Positions 1 through 10,360 of a stretch of 64,000 bases of DNA are shown piece after piece. Each line of letters starts with the position of its first letter. The stretch's first letter is position 1. The notes under the pieces were generated by a model. The model was not told the origin of the DNA. It saw only the letters and a list, made by a program, of their open reading frames with translations, and made no database searches. The stretch comes from a virus. The translations under genes and the position numbers were made by a program. Where the stretch lies: the IMG/VR virus record IMGVR_UViG_3300032006_002703, positions 32,001 to 96,000 of that record; one strand, written 5' to 3'.

Positions 1-270
1 GAGGAAAGGGCGATAACTAAAGAGTTATATCTGTCAACTTATTATGGAAAACAAGCCCGTAATGTACTTAGGGGAATTGACGGCTCCTCAAACCAATTAG
101 ACTTCCAAACCTTGCGAGAGGGCGACTCTGTGATTACTCGAACAAATAAAAATCAAGTTGCTGCAAATTACAGACTGCTTCAGGAGCAATCCGAAGAGAA
201 GCTTAAGGAGCTTGTTCACTTATACAATATGTATAAATCTTCACCCAATCAGGTTTATGGGAACGATTAA
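1..270 (+). CDS. partial hypothetical protein (3' end), possibly virion/neck-associated
   Basis: Frame +1 is open from position 1 to TAA at 268-270 (EERAITKELYLSTYYGKQARNVLRG...NQVYGND*). The function is a guess. Confidence 0.55.
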   Translation, partial: EERAITKELYLSTYYGKQARNVLRGIDGSSNQLDFQTLREGDSVITRTNKNQVAANYRLLQEQSEEKLKELVHLYNMYKSSPNQVYGND

Positions 271-279
271 TTAAAAAAA

Positions 280-284
280 GTGTA
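280..284 (+). promoter_or_regulatory. GTGTA motif (putative phage-specific promoter element)
   Basis: GTGTA-N9-ATG(294). One of about 12 instances. Confidence 0.55.
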
Positions 285-293
285 AAACTTTAT

Positions 294-818
294 ATGAAGG
301 AATCCAATAAAGCAGAGTACCAGCAAGGCAAACTTCATAGGTCTGCGTTGTATAAGGCCTGTCAAGACGCCCAGACTTTATACGATCTAATTGGAGATGA
401 CGATGTCCTCGAGGAATGGGTCGCGGAACAAATTAGGGTTTCTACTGAAACCTTGGAGACTGTTTTAAAGTATGTTGAATACGAAAAGGCTTTTCCTGCG
501 ATTCCAGATTCCAGCCCAATTGCCGACGAAGAAGAGCAAAAAAATGAAAATAATTATCTCTCTAACGAAGATAAAAGGTATCCAACTCCCATGGAAGCGG
601 AGAATGGGGACGGATTTATATCAAGGTGCATTGTCGACCCCAATATGAAAAACCGTTACCCTGAGCAGTCTGATAGATTTATGGCCTGCATGCTCATATG
701 GAAAGAGGTCGGAAAGCCTGGTAGTGGAGAAGTTGATAACCCTGGGGAAAAATTTGAAGACCCTATGGAGGCTCCTCAGGAGGAAATTAAAGATCCTACA
801 AAACCTGTTCTTCCTTAA
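294..818 (+). CDS. acidic hypothetical phage protein
   Basis: 174-aa ORF preceded by GTGTA-N9-ATG. It carries a small C-terminal FISRC...RFMAC..W motif. Confidence 0.65.
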   Translation: MKESNKAEYQQGKLHRSALYKACQDAQTLYDLIGDDDVLEEWVAEQIRVSTETLETVLKYVEYEKAFPAIPDSSPIADEEEQKNENNYLSNEDKRYPTPMEAENGDGFISRCIVDPNMKNRYPEQSDRFMACMLIWKEVGKPGSGEVDNPGEKFEDPMEAPQEEIKDPTKPVLP

Positions 819-3318
819 TGGAATAACAAATCTCACCTTTTTTGTAGCTAAAGGTGATTGAGTGATCTATATCAAGCTCCTTAGATAAAAGCAGTTCTGA
901 GAGCTTATTTTCTATTAAAGTTTGAATTGCTCTTTTAATCGGTCTCGCTCCAAGATCTTCCTGTTGGGCAACTTCAGCCAGATGACGAACAATCGAGGCA
1001 GTAAGTTTCATCTTTACCCCTTTCTTCCTTAGCTTATTTTTTAGATTTTTCATTTCAAGGTGAATGATTTTTCGAAAATCTTCATCACTAAACTTATGAA
1101 AGACGACTACCTCTGTCATTCTATTTACAAGCTCTGGCCTTAATAGTTTTTTTGCTTGATCTAGAATTTTATCTTTCATTTCTCCTTTGTTGTCATTATT
1201 TGTTGCTCCAAAGCCCATTGATAGTGATTTTTCAAAAAGATCTGAGCCAATATTTCCAGTAAGTATGATTACTGCGTTTTTGAACGAAGCTTCTCTGCCA
1301 AAATTATCAGTGAGCCTACCTTCTTCCAGAACTTGAAGCAAACTTTGCAGGACCTCTGGGTGCGCCTTGTCGATCTCATCAAATAAAACAACGCTATATG
1401 GCTGCCTGCTTATTCTTTCCGTTAGCTGTCCACCTTCTTCGTATCCCACGTATCCAGGTGCGGCGCCTATTAATTTCGAAGCAGAAACTTTATCGGAATA
1501 TTCGCTCATGTCTAGTTGGATAATTTTATGCTTCTCTCCAAAAAGAGATTTTGAGATTGATTTCGCCATATGGGTTTTGCCTGTTCCTGTCGGCCCCAAA
1601 CAAAGAAAACTTCCCATTGGTTTATTCTCTTCTCCTAGACCCGACCCAGACCTTAACATTGCTTGAACTACTGCATTTATTGCGTCGTCTTGCCCGATGA
1701 CCGTTTTTTTCAAAGATTTAGATAAGGTAAGGAGTCTTTGATTCTGCGTTTGAGATAATTGAGATACTGGTATCTTAACTTTTTGAGAAACAATTCTGTA
1801 TATATCTTCTTCCTTTACTGGACTAAATTTCTTGGAGCATCTGTGGCCCCACTTCGTCAATAGATTGGTATATTCTATTAAAACCTCTCTTTGCTGATTT
1901 TGAATATCTACTAAACTTTTTCCTATTTTACTCAGTTCTCGCTCTTCCTTTACTAGTTCCTCCAATTCCACTTCTAGCGCCTTTGCGCGTTTAGGCCTTT
2001 TGAAGCTGCGAATTTTTACTCGCGATCCTGCTTGATCAATAATATCTATAGCCTTATCTGGGAATCTTCTGTCATGAATATACTTTTTTGCTAAAGTTGT
2101 AACAAGTTCGAGTACTTCGTCTGAGTATTCTACCATATGAAATTCTTCATATTTTGCTTTAGTCCCCTTTAGTATTTCTAGGGTTTCTTCTTCGCTGGGC
2201 TCTTCAACGAAAACTGGCTGAAAGCGGCGATCAAGCGCCCCGTCCTTTGTGATGCTCTTTTTGTATTCGTCTTGTGTTGTTGCTCCAATGCAAATCAATT
2301 CGCCCCTAGATAGGGCTGGCTTAATCATATTTGCCGCATCCATGCTTCCCTCTGCACTTCCTGCGCCTATAATTGTATGAATTTCATCAACAAATAAAAT
2401 TATATGCTCTGAAGATTTTACTTCTTCAAGCGCCTGTTTTAAGCGTTCCTCAAACTGTCCACGATATTTTGTCCCTGCTATCATTGCCCCAAGGTCAAGG
2501 CTATAGATAACCTTGCCAAGAAGATGCTCTGGACAATTTCCGTCGGCTATATTTTGCGCAAGGCTTTCTATGATTGCGGTTTTGCCTACTCCTGCCTCGC
2601 CGAGAAGTATTGGATTGCTTTTATAGCGACGACATAAAATTTCACACAAATCCGCAACTTCACTGCTTCTTCCTACTATTTTATCAAATTTCCCAGCAAT
2701 CGCAAGATCATTGAAATTAGTTCCGTATTTTTCTAGGGCTCCGCTTTCTTTTTTTCTAGAGGGTCTAATTTGTGGTGGCGGCGGAGACCCAAAGATGCCA
2801 GGATCTTCATTGCCTTGCTCCTCCTCTGAGGACCAAGGGGAGTGAGGCATATTTTGGCTGAAGTCTTGAGATAATTGAAAATATTGCTGAATTTGTTCAA
2901 TGATAACATCTTGAGGGATGCCTAGCATTGCGAAATATTTATTGATTGGCGAGTCGTCATACTTTAGCATCGCGAGAAGTATGTGTTCTAATCCTACATA
3001 TTCATGATTAAACCTGTTGCTTAGGGTCATTGCTATTTGTAAAACATTTTTTATTCCTGCGCTATATTTAAACTTAGTTTTGCCGTCTATTGAATCTTTT
3101 CCTTTTTTTAGTCTTTTTTTGATTGCCCTCACAAAGGAATCAATATCAATCCCTAGGGATATAAGAAGCTCATGAGTTATCCCTGCATTTAAACTAAGTA
3201 TCCCAAGGAACAAATGCTCAAGAGTAACTGTTCTGTGGGATAGTTCTTTTGCCTGCTCCTTGGCTCGCTTAATAGCCCTTTGCGCTCGTGGTGTGAAGTT
3301 TGGCTTGCTGTCCATCAT
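796..3318 (-). CDS. clpC: Clp/Hsp100 ATPase, ClpC-type
   Basis: Two Clp-N repeats ([16 protein letters not shown]); NBD1 GEAGVGKT, pore loop [19 protein letters not shown]; NBD2 [27 protein letters not shown]; MGF ClpP-docking loop; GARP sensor. Confidence 0.93.
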   Translation of the reverse strand: MMDSKPNFTPRAQRAIKRAKEQAKELSHRTVTLEHLFLGILSLNAGITHELLISLGIDIDSFVRAIKKRLKKGKDSIDGKTKFKYSAGIKNVLQIAMTLSNRFNHEYVGLEHILLAMLKYDDSPINKYFAMLGIPQDVIIEQIQQYFQLSQDFSQNMPHSPWSSEEEQGNEDPGIFGSPPPPQIRPSRKKESGALEKYGTNFNDLAIAGKFDKIVGRSSEVADLCEILCRRYKSNPILLGEAGVGKTAIIESLAQNIADGNCPEHLLGKVIYSLDLGAMIAGTKYRGQFEERLKQALEEVKSSEHIILFVDEIHTIIGAGSAEGSMDAANMIKPALSRGELICIGATTQDEYKKSITKDGALDRRFQPVFVEEPSEEETLEILKGTKAKYEEFHMVEYSDEVLELVTTLAKKYIHDRRFPDKAIDIIDQAGSRVKIRSFKRPKRAKALEVELEELVKEERELSKIGKSLVDIQNQQREVLIEYTNLLTKWGHRCSKKFSPVKEEDIYRIVSQKVKIPVSQLSQTQNQRLLTLSKSLKKTVIGQDDAINAVVQAMLRSGSGLGEENKPMGSFLCLGPTGTGKTHMAKSISKSLFGEKHKIIQLDMSEYSDKVSASKLIGAAPGYVGYEEGGQLTERISRQPYSVVLFDEIDKAHPEVLQSLLQVLEEGRLTDNFGREASFKNAVIILTGNIGSDLFEKSLSMGFGATNNDNKGEMKDKILDQAKKLLRPELVNRMTEVVVFHKFSDEDFRKIIHLEMKNLKNKLRKKGVKMKLTASIVRHLAEVAQQEDLGARPIKRAIQTLIENKLSELLLSKELDIDHSITFSYKKGEICYSIKEEQVL

Positions 3319-3329
3319 ATCTAATTACA

Positions 3330-5891
3330 CTATTTAAGGTCTGAAAGTTTCATGTATATTGTTTCATCCATTATTCTAATATCATCGATAAATAAGGCAT
3401 CGTCTGATTTTGCTCCATAAAGAACCGCGATACTATTCTTTTTGGGCATGATTTTTCCACTATCAAAGTATTGATCATATTTATTTGATCTCCTACTGTT
3501 GCAAAGCATTCCTTTGACCTTTCCGACTTCATCTTGAAGATCCACGCTTAAGTAACGGTTTCCGTTTCTACTTAATCTTTTATAGCAATCACTAATTACC
3601 CCTATGAATCTAGCCTTATTTCCGTCATTCATAGATTCGAAGTCAGCCGTGCTGTAAAACGCCTCTCCGCTTCCTGCAAAAACATTTTTTAGGTTTGTTG
3701 TATATGAATAACCTAGGAGCTCATTCTCGAAATACCAATTTGCAAATTTTTCAAATTTACTATTCCTGTCGTATATTTTTTTATACAAGTCGTATTTTTT
3801 CTTAAAGGTTTGAAATCTACTTTCTTTCATTAGAGGCCTTCCGTCATCTCCCACTAATTTACCAGCTTTTGCGTCAGCAATGGCATTAAGGAGCCGATAT
3901 TCATATTTTTCCCCTAAAGCTATGAAGTTTCTTTTTTCTCTATCGGTTAATAAATTGAAGGCTTGGGCCTCTAGAACCAAAAGTGGGCGACTCCCTCTAT
4001 AGTTAGACAGGGCTCCCGCTTGTATGAGGGCGCAAAGGGTTCCGATGTTAAGCTTGGCCTGTTTTGCGGCGACAAAAATGTCGTATTTTGTGGGGGTTCC
4101 GCTTTCCCTAAAGTCCCTCAAGGCTTGTAGAGATTTTGCGCTAACTCCTTTGATGCTGTTTAAACCAAAGCGAATATCCTTGCCGTCTATTGCGAAATCC
4201 ATATCTGATTTTGCTAAATTTGGAGGAAGCAGTTTCATGTTAAAGTGAGGAAGTTCTCTTGTGATTTTTGCAATTTCTTCTTGTGGAGCGGGTTCATATT
4301 CCGTCATTCTTAAAAGTGATAAAGCAAAAATTTGCGGGTGGTTAAATTTCAAATAAGCTGTCCATGCCGCAAGCGTTGCATAACACAGTGAGTGGGATTT
4401 ATTGAAAGAATAATTTGCACTATCTTCTGCAAGAGACCACAAGACTTCTCCGATTTGTGGATCTAAATTATTTTCTTCTATCTTTTCTTCAATTTTAGCT
4501 TTCCAGGCTGGCATTTCTTCTACCTTTTTCTTCCCCACAATTCTACGAAGCTGTTCAGATTCATCAAGAGTAAATCCTACCTTTACGGCCATTTTCATAA
4601 GCTGCTCTTGATATAGAGGGATGCCTCCTGTCGATTCAAGAATTGAATCAAAAAACTCATGAACAGATTGGGTTTCATTGGTTTCTGCATATCTTTTATA
4701 ATTATCCAAAAAATCCAATGCTCCAGGTCGTGCGATGGCAATAACAGCACTTAATTGCTCTAAGCTACTAGGTTTAATTTTTTTACAAACATGAAAATTT
4801 GCATCTGCTTCTAGTTGAAATAATCCGTGTGGACAGCGAAGGTCCTGTAGAGGAAGGTATAATTCTTCGGAATCCAGGTCAATATTATATACATCCATAT
4901 TTAATTTTTTGCATGCATCGTATATTACGCTCAAGGTTCTGAGTCCAAGAATGTCGAATTTAACCATTAGCTCTGCAACCCAATTCATATCGTACCCTGT
5001 AACCAAATTCCCTTCGCTGGTTGTTTGAAGAGGGCAATAATCGGAAATCTCATCGTAAGAAATGGCAATACCAGATGGATGCACTCCAGTATTTTTATTA
5101 AGCCCTTCTAGCTTTCGTGCGATTTTGTAAACTTTTTTATTCTTTTGTGCCCAGAGCCTGAATTTTTCACTTTCCTCAAGAGCCTCTTCTAGGGGAGCAA
5201 CTTTACCGAAATGCTTTGGAATTGAGTCGCTTACTTCATTGACCTCTTGCTCATCATAGCCTCCTACGATTTTACCGCATTCTTTAATGCAAAGCTTTCC
5301 GCTTAAGGTATTGAGGGTTAAGATTTTTGCGGTACGAGCAGGATATTTTTCTTCAATATATTTAATTACTGTTTGTCTATGTTCGTAGGCTATGTCATTG
5401 TCCACGTCAGCTAAAAGACTTCCGTCTAGGTAAGTAATTCCTTTTTGTACGGTTTTTTTTGCCCTGCTTTTACTCACGAACCTTTCAAAGAAAAGTTCGT
5501 TTTTTACTGGGTCAACTTGGGTGACACCAATTAAATATAGAATTAAAGATCCCGCCGCTGAACCTCTACCTGGACCAACTGGGATGCTGCTTTCGTGACA
5601 AAAATTAATAACATCCCAATTAAGCAAAATATAATCAACAAAACCCAAATCAAAAAAGACATCCAGCTCCATCTTTGCTCTGTCGTAATATTCCTGCTTG
5701 TTTTCAAACTTGTCGATTCCCCGATCCTTTACACCTTGCCAGCTTAAGCTTTTAAGGAATTCGTAATTTGAAATTGAGTTTTTAACCCCCAGTTTCTCAT
5801 AATATTTATCTTCAATAATAATTTTAGGAAGCCTTACGCCTGGCGGCGCACAGTCTTCGTATTCTTTAAAATCTTCTAAAAATTTACTCAT
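3330..5891 (-). CDS. dnaE: DNA polymerase III alpha subunit, catalytic core lacking the PHP domain
   Basis: Motifs GPGRGSAAGSL, FERF, DVDND (catalytic Asp), GVHPSGI, KFDILGL, YQEQLM, YSFNKSH, RFGLNSIKGV and a C-terminal OB fold. Start placed at 5891 (ATGA overlap with the upstream stop); the ORF track extends to 5906. Confidence 0.93.
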   Translation of the reverse strand: MSKFLEDFKEYEDCAPPGVRLPKIIIEDKYYEKLGVKNSISNYEFLKSLSWQGVKDRGIDKFENKQEYYDRAKMELDVFFDLGFVDYILLNWDVINFCHESSIPVGPGRGSAAGSLILYLIGVTQVDPVKNELFFERFVSKSRAKKTVQKGITYLDGSLLADVDNDIAYEHRQTVIKYIEEKYPARTAKILTLNTLSGKLCIKECGKIVGGYDEQEVNEVSDSIPKHFGKVAPLEEALEESEKFRLWAQKNKKVYKIARKLEGLNKNTGVHPSGIAISYDEISDYCPLQTTSEGNLVTGYDMNWVAELMVKFDILGLRTLSVIYDACKKLNMDVYNIDLDSEELYLPLQDLRCPHGLFQLEADANFHVCKKIKPSSLEQLSAVIAIARPGALDFLDNYKRYAETNETQSVHEFFDSILESTGGIPLYQEQLMKMAVKVGFTLDESEQLRRIVGKKKVEEMPAWKAKIEEKIEENNLDPQIGEVLWSLAEDSANYSFNKSHSLCYATLAAWTAYLKFNHPQIFALSLLRMTEYEPAPQEEIAKITRELPHFNMKLLPPNLAKSDMDFAIDGKDIRFGLNSIKGVSAKSLQALRDFRESGTPTKYDIFVAAKQAKLNIGTLCALIQAGALSNYRGSRPLLVLEAQAFNLLTDREKRNFIALGEKYEYRLLNAIADAKAGKLVGDDGRPLMKESRFQTFKKKYDLYKKIYDRNSKFEKFANWYFENELLGYSYTTNLKNVFAGSGEAFYSTADFESMNDGNKARFIGVISDCYKRLSRNGNRYLSVDLQDEVGKVKGMLCNSRRSNKYDQYFDSGKIMPKKNSIAVLYGAKSDDALFIDDIRIMDETIYMKLSDLK

Positions 5892-6529
5892 ATTTCTATA
5901 TTCCAAATCATTTTATTAAAGACTTCTGCGTTCATTTTAATATCGTACAGGGCGTCGTGGAGTTTTTTAGGGTCAAATTTAAGATCGTAATCCTTGCAGC
6001 ATTGTGTTAGGTTTACTTTGAGTTTTCGTTCGATTAAGTTTGTTAACCTATATTGCCAAGCGAGACGATTTTCTTTTGCCGAAAGTTTTATTTCTTTTTT
6101 TATTGCCTTAGCGATACAGGCGGTATCTAGGCATCTATTTATATAGCTATAATCTGTTTTTTTATTTAAAAGTTTTCTGTGGATATTGTGAATATAGACG
6201 TCAAAGCCTAAAATATTGTGGCCTACGGGAATTACATTGTCGTCATATAGGTATGATTCAAAATGCTCCAGCGCCTCTTTTGGGTCGCTTGCCCTTTTAT
6301 CGTATTTTGTTTTTGTCCAGCCCGTGACCCTTGCAGCGCCCTCCGAGACCTTTAAGTCTTTCCACTTTAGCCAGTAGTCAGCCTTTTCTAAAACTTCGTT
6401 TCCCTGCATTAAGAGAAATGCGAGCTGCCAAGGCTTGTTTTCTTTCGAGGTCAAATTTAGGTGACAGGTCTCATAGTCAAAAAATAAGTATTTTTGATTA
6501 TTTTTAAATCTTAATAAGTCTTCTTTCAA
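5888..6529 (-). CDS. DEDDh 3'-5' exonuclease (DnaQ/epsilon-like)
   Basis: ExoI FFDYET, ExoII GHNILGFD, ExoIII HDALYD. Coupled to dnaE. Confidence 0.88.
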   Translation of the reverse strand: MKEDLLRFKNNQKYLFFDYETCHLNLTSKENKPWQLAFLLMQGNEVLEKADYWLKWKDLKVSEGAARVTGWTKTKYDKRASDPKEALEHFESYLYDDNVIPVGHNILGFDVYIHNIHRKLLNKKTDYSYINRCLDTACIAKAIKKEIKLSAKENRLAWQYRLTNLIERKLKVNLTQCCKDYDLKFDPKKLHDALYDIKMNAEVFNKMIWNIEI

Positions 6530-7029
6530 TTTATATCCTTCCTTAATTCTGTGTTTCCGTAATTTATGAAAAGCTCTTTTCCTTCTTCTATTTCTTCACT
6601 AGCTGTATACCTAAAAAGCATTGAGTCATAATCAAACTCATACATTATATTTGGATTGTCTGAATGATTGTATACCATTCCAAGCCCCAAGACAAAGGCA
6701 TGAGAAAATAAAGATTCTAAATTTTCATACCCAAGATCCTTCAGGCTTTCCAATAGCTCCTCTTTTAAGTCTTCGTCGTCAACCAATTGATGGAGAAAAA
6801 GTTTTGAAGAAAGTTTTTCGTACTCTTCTTTCGTGTTTACGCAAAGACGCCCAAACATATACCTTCTCATTTCATTATCTTCCCCTCCTTTATCTTTTTC
6901 AGGGATAATAAAATGGCATTCCTCTACAATCTCACCTTCTTCGATTTTGCTTTTTGCAAAAACTCCCCTTCCCTTTATTGAAGATTTTCCTATTATTAAT
7001 TTTTTCGGAGACACTAAGTCGTATTTCAT
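6526..7029 (-). CDS. SET-domain protein-lysine methyltransferase
   Basis: SET motifs SSIKGRGVFA, YNHSDNPN, EIEEGKELFINYG. Start at 7029 overlaps the PHP gene stop (ATGA). Confidence 0.88.
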   Translation of the reverse strand: MKYDLVSPKKLIIGKSSIKGRGVFAKSKIEEGEIVEECHFIIPEKDKGGEDNEMRRYMFGRLCVNTKEEYEKLSSKLFLHQLVDDEDLKEELLESLKDLGYENLESLFSHAFVLGLGMVYNHSDNPNIMYEFDYDSMLFRYTASEEIEEGKELFINYGNTELRKDIN

Positions 7030-7763
7030 TTTACCGCCTCCATACAAAATTCGTCACTACCAAAGTGATCTAAGTTTGGTTTTGCGAGAGATTTAGATTG
7101 GAATTGTCTTCCGCAAATGCACTTATATGTTTGAAATGCCTCTATATCTTCGCGGCTCTTATAGTATATAGACTTCGTTAATTCAGTTTGAAGATCGTGA
7201 CTCTTTGCAAATTCCTTAACTCTATCCCCTATTAATTGATCGAATGGCAGGTTATTTTTTTCAATAAAAAACGTTGGATTTGTGAATCTGAAATCTGGAA
7301 CACAATTATTGAACGTCATTGTATTATTGAATATAAAGGAATCATAAAATGGAATAGCCATCTTAAGAAGGTCTTCGTTCCATAGTTTTTGCAAGGCTTC
7401 GAAGTTCGTGAAGCCATCGTTTTCAGTAAAAGCGTGGCTGTAGATTTTATTTAAAAGTTTACAGCCTTCTCCATTTTTCGCAAAGATTATAATCTTATGT
7501 GTGCCGTTCGCTTCGCTGCTAGGACCGTTTGGACGTACGTTTAACTTAAGTCCAAAGATAATTTTTTTATTTAAATCTCTTGCGGTGTTGTGTGCCTTTA
7601 GGAATCCAGTAAGAGAGGTCTCCACCAGCACAACTTCTTGAAGATCAAACTCTTCCGCAATCGAGAAAATGCTATCTGCCCCATCTGGCTTTACCTTTGA
7701 GGGATGGTCTAGGGTTAAAATACTTTTTCCTATACTAAAATGCGATGTGAAAAGTGGAATCAT
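7026..7763 (-). CDS. stand-alone PHP domain of DNA polymerase III alpha (N-terminal part of split DnaE)
   Basis: N-terminal LFTSHFSIGKS resembles DnaE LHxHSxYS; KIIFGLKL resembles KPIxGxE; IIFAKNGEGCKLLNKIYS resembles LAKNxxGYxNLxxL. Lies upstream of a PHP-less dnaE. Confidence 0.82.
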   Translation of the reverse strand: MIPLFTSHFSIGKSILTLDHPSKVKPDGADSIFSIAEEFDLQEVVLVETSLTGFLKAHNTARDLNKKIIFGLKLNVRPNGPSSEANGTHKIIIFAKNGEGCKLLNKIYSHAFTENDGFTNFEALQKLWNEDLLKMAIPFYDSFIFNNTMTFNNCVPDFRFTNPTFFIEKNNLPFDQLIGDRVKEFAKSHDLQTELTKSIYYKSREDIEAFQTYKCICGRQFQSKSLAKPNLDHFGSDEFCMEAVK

Positions 7764-7770
7764 GGTGTAT

Positions 7771-7799
7771 AGAATACTGTATTTTTAAACAAAAGTCAA
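7771..7799 (-). promoter_or_regulatory. sigma70-type promoter TTGACT-N17-TATTCT, 7 nt before the ATG of the PHP gene
   Basis: Minus strand reads ttgacttttgtttaaaaatacagtattctatacaccATG. Confidence 0.7.
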
Positions 7800-7847
7800 C
7801 CCTAAACTTATTGTGAATAACTTTAGGCCCAAATTTATGGTTTTGGA

Positions 7848-7876
7848 TTGACAGAATACTCCTACTATGGTAGTAT
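7848..7876 (+). promoter_or_regulatory. sigma70-type promoter TTGACA-N17-TAGTAT (extended -10 TG) for nrdA
   Basis: ttgacagaatactcctactatggtagtat; ATG at 7897. Confidence 0.65.
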
Positions 7877-7896
7877 TCTTTACTGAAATTATATCT

Positions 7897-10317
7897 ATGG
7901 ACATTAAAGTAAAAAAAAGAAATGGGCGCCTCGAGGGGTTTGCTGTAGAAAAGATTAACGCAAGCGCTGCGCGAGCAGTGGGAGAAGTTTCAGATGTCGC
8001 AGCCAGTGAAGTGGTTTTAGATGCGCAATTGCAACTTTTCGATAAAATAACCACAAAAGAGATAGACAAAGCATTAATACTATCCGCGCGTGAGAAGATA
8101 GAAAAGGAGCCAAATTATAATTTTGTCGCCGCAAGACTACTTCTTAATAATCTTTATAAAGAGGTTTTTAATGAGGGGGTGGACTCTGACGTGTTTGAGC
8201 TTCAGTATCGAAAGAGCTTTATTCAGAATGTTAAACGATTAGTTTCTGACGACAGGTTAGACCGAAGGCTTCTTGATTTTGATCTTCGTAAACTTTCGGA
8301 CGCATTGGATATCAAAAGAGATCGACTCTTTAAATATTTAGGGGTGCAGACTTTGTATGATCGTTATTTTATCAGAAAGGAAGGGAAAGTTATGGAGTCT
8401 CCTCAGGCTTTTTGGATGAGGGTTGCAATGGGCCTTGCGATTAACGAAGAAGACAAAACCTCTCGGGCAATAGAATTTTACGATTTAATGAGTCAACTTA
8501 GGTATACCCCTTCTACTCCTACGTTGTTTAACAGTGGGACCACCCATTCTCAATTAAGCTCATGTTATTTGAATACATTTGATGACAGTATTGATGGCAT
8601 TTTTGACGGAGCGTGGCAAGAGGCTCGTAAATCAAAGTACGCTGGAGGCCTTGGTCTGGACGTCACCCCTTTTCGTTCATCTGGCGCCCACATAAAGGGC
8701 ACAAACGGAACCTCTAGCGGTTTGGTTCCATGGTTGAAAATTTATAACGACCTCCTTATTGCGGTAAATCAAGGGGGCAAAAGACCAGGTGCGGGATGCG
8801 CTTATCTTGAGCCTTGGCATTTAGATTATGAGGATTTTCTAAACCTAAGACGGAACACTGGAGATGATAGATTAAGGTGTCACGATATGAATACCGCATC
8901 TTGGATTCCTGACGTTTTCATGAGGACCGTAAAGGAAGAGGGAGATTGGTATATGTTTGACCCCTCTGAATGCTCAGATCTTCATGATTTGTTTGGGGAA
9001 AAGTTCGATAGCCGATATCAATTTTACATCAAAGAAGCTCAGGAAGGGCGAATTAAAAGCTTTAAAAGCATTCCCGCTAAAGAACTATGGAAAAAGATGC
9101 TAAAGGTATTATTTGAGACTTCTCACCCCTGGAATACTTTCAAGGACGCTTGCAATATCAGGTATACAAATCAACACGAAGGAACTGTTAAGAGTTCTAA
9201 TTTATGTACTGAGATTACCCTCCATACAAAAGCTTCGGAATATCACCACGGACAAAAAGTTCAACACGGAGAAACTGCGGTTTGTAATTTGGGCTCAGTA
9301 AATCTTGTAAATCATACCCATAGTCGAGGAATTGATTATAAAAAATTGCGTAAAACCATTTTTACCGCAATGAGAATGCTTGATAATGTTGTCGATCTTA
9401 ATTTTTATCCTACAGAAGAAGCCAGAAGGTCTAATTCAAAGCATAGACCTGTTGGCTTAGGGATGATGGGTTTACATGATGTGCTCCATAAATTTGATAT
9501 TAATTTTGATAGCGATGAGGCGGTATCATTTAATGATAAGCTCTTTGAGGAGTATAGCTGCGCAGCAATCCACGCAAGTAGCAAGTTAGCCAAAGAGAGA
9601 GGGTCTTATCAAACCTTTGAGGGCTCTCTTTGGAGTAAAGATATTTTTCCTGTTGATAGTTACAATAGGCTAATGGAGTATAGGGGCAAGTCAACGATGC
9701 TTGGAAAAGAATCAATCGACTGGAGTTCCTGTAGGGAGTCTGTAAAAAAACATGGAATGAGAAACTCTAATGTTATGGCTATCGCTCCAACTGCTACAAT
9801 TGGATACATTAACGGAGTCGAGCAAAGTATTGAGCCAAATTTTTCTACTATATTTGTTTATGAAAATAAGAGCGGGAATTCCTATATCGTTAATGAGCAC
9901 TTTGTAAACGATATGAAAGCTAGAGGTCTTTGGAATACAGAAAATATTAATTTAATTAAAAGTGTGGATGGAGACTTGTCTCTTGTTAACGGAAGTATCC
10001 CTGAGGATATTAAAGAGAAATATAAAACCGCATTTGATAGAGATGTGTTTAAGTTAATTGAATGTAATGCTGTTCGACAAAAATGGATTGATCAGGCAAT
10101 AAGCTTTAATCTTTACAATAAGACTACTTCCATGAAATATTTAAATGATGTTTATATGGCTTGTTGGGAGGCTGGATTAAAGACTACCTATTATCTGCGC
10201 AATCGTGCCGCATCAAAGATAGAGAAATCTACTTCTAGTGACGAAAAAACAGAAGAGCTCTCTTCTTGCAGTATTGATGCCATGATGAACGGCGGTTCCT
10301 GCGAAAGTTGTCAGTGA
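7897..10317 (+). CDS. nrdA: class I ribonucleotide reductase alpha subunit with N-terminal ATP cone
   Basis: ATP cone VKKRNG; PSTPTLFNSG, SSCY, QGGKRPGA, SSNLCTEI, VCNLGS, RPVGLG, IAPTA, DQAIS, KTTYYLR; C-terminal CESCQ. Confidence 0.95.
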   Translation: MDIKVKKRNGRLEGFAVEKINASAARAVGEVSDVAASEVVLDAQLQLFDKITTKEIDKALILSAREKIEKEPNYNFVAARLLLNNLYKEVFNEGVDSDVFELQYRKSFIQNVKRLVSDDRLDRRLLDFDLRKLSDALDIKRDRLFKYLGVQTLYDRYFIRKEGKVMESPQAFWMRVAMGLAINEEDKTSRAIEFYDLMSQLRYTPSTPTLFNSGTTHSQLSSCYLNTFDDSIDGIFDGAWQEARKSKYAGGLGLDVTPFRSSGAHIKGTNGTSSGLVPWLKIYNDLLIAVNQGGKRPGAGCAYLEPWHLDYEDFLNLRRNTGDDRLRCHDMNTASWIPDVFMRTVKEEGDWYMFDPSECSDLHDLFGEKFDSRYQFYIKEAQEGRIKSFKSIPAKELWKKMLKVLFETSHPWNTFKDACNIRYTNQHEGTVKSSNLCTEITLHTKASEYHHGQKVQHGETAVCNLGSVNLVNHTHSRGIDYKKLRKTIFTAMRMLDNVVDLNFYPTEEARRSNSKHRPVGLGMMGLHDVLHKFDINFDSDEAVSFNDKLFEEYSCAAIHASSKLAKERGSYQTFEGSLWSKDIFPVDSYNRLMEYRGKSTMLGKESIDWSSCRESVKKHGMRNSNVMAIAPTATIGYINGVEQSIEPNFSTIFVYENKSGNSYIVNEHFVNDMKARGLWNTENINLIKSVDGDLSLVNGSIPEDIKEKYKTAFDRDVFKLIECNAVRQKWIDQAISFNLYNKTTSMKYLNDVYMACWEAGLKTTYYLRNRAASKIEKSTSSDEKTEELSSCSIDAMMNGGSCESCQ

Positions 10318-10324
10318 TTCTTGC

Positions 10325-10353
10325 TTGACTTTTTGCTTTTTTTTTGCTATTAT
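10325..10353 (+). promoter_or_regulatory. sigma70-type promoter TTGACT-N17-TATTAT, 7 nt before the nrdB ATG
   Basis: ttgactttttgctttttttttgctattataataggcATG. Confidence 0.7.
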
Positions 10354-10360
10354 AATAGGC

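Noticed and set aside
3330-7763. Trans-splicing split intein in DnaE (cyanobacterial type)
   Set aside because: No intein N-terminal (C/S block A) or C-terminal HN-C motifs are visible, and the split falls at the PHP/core boundary.
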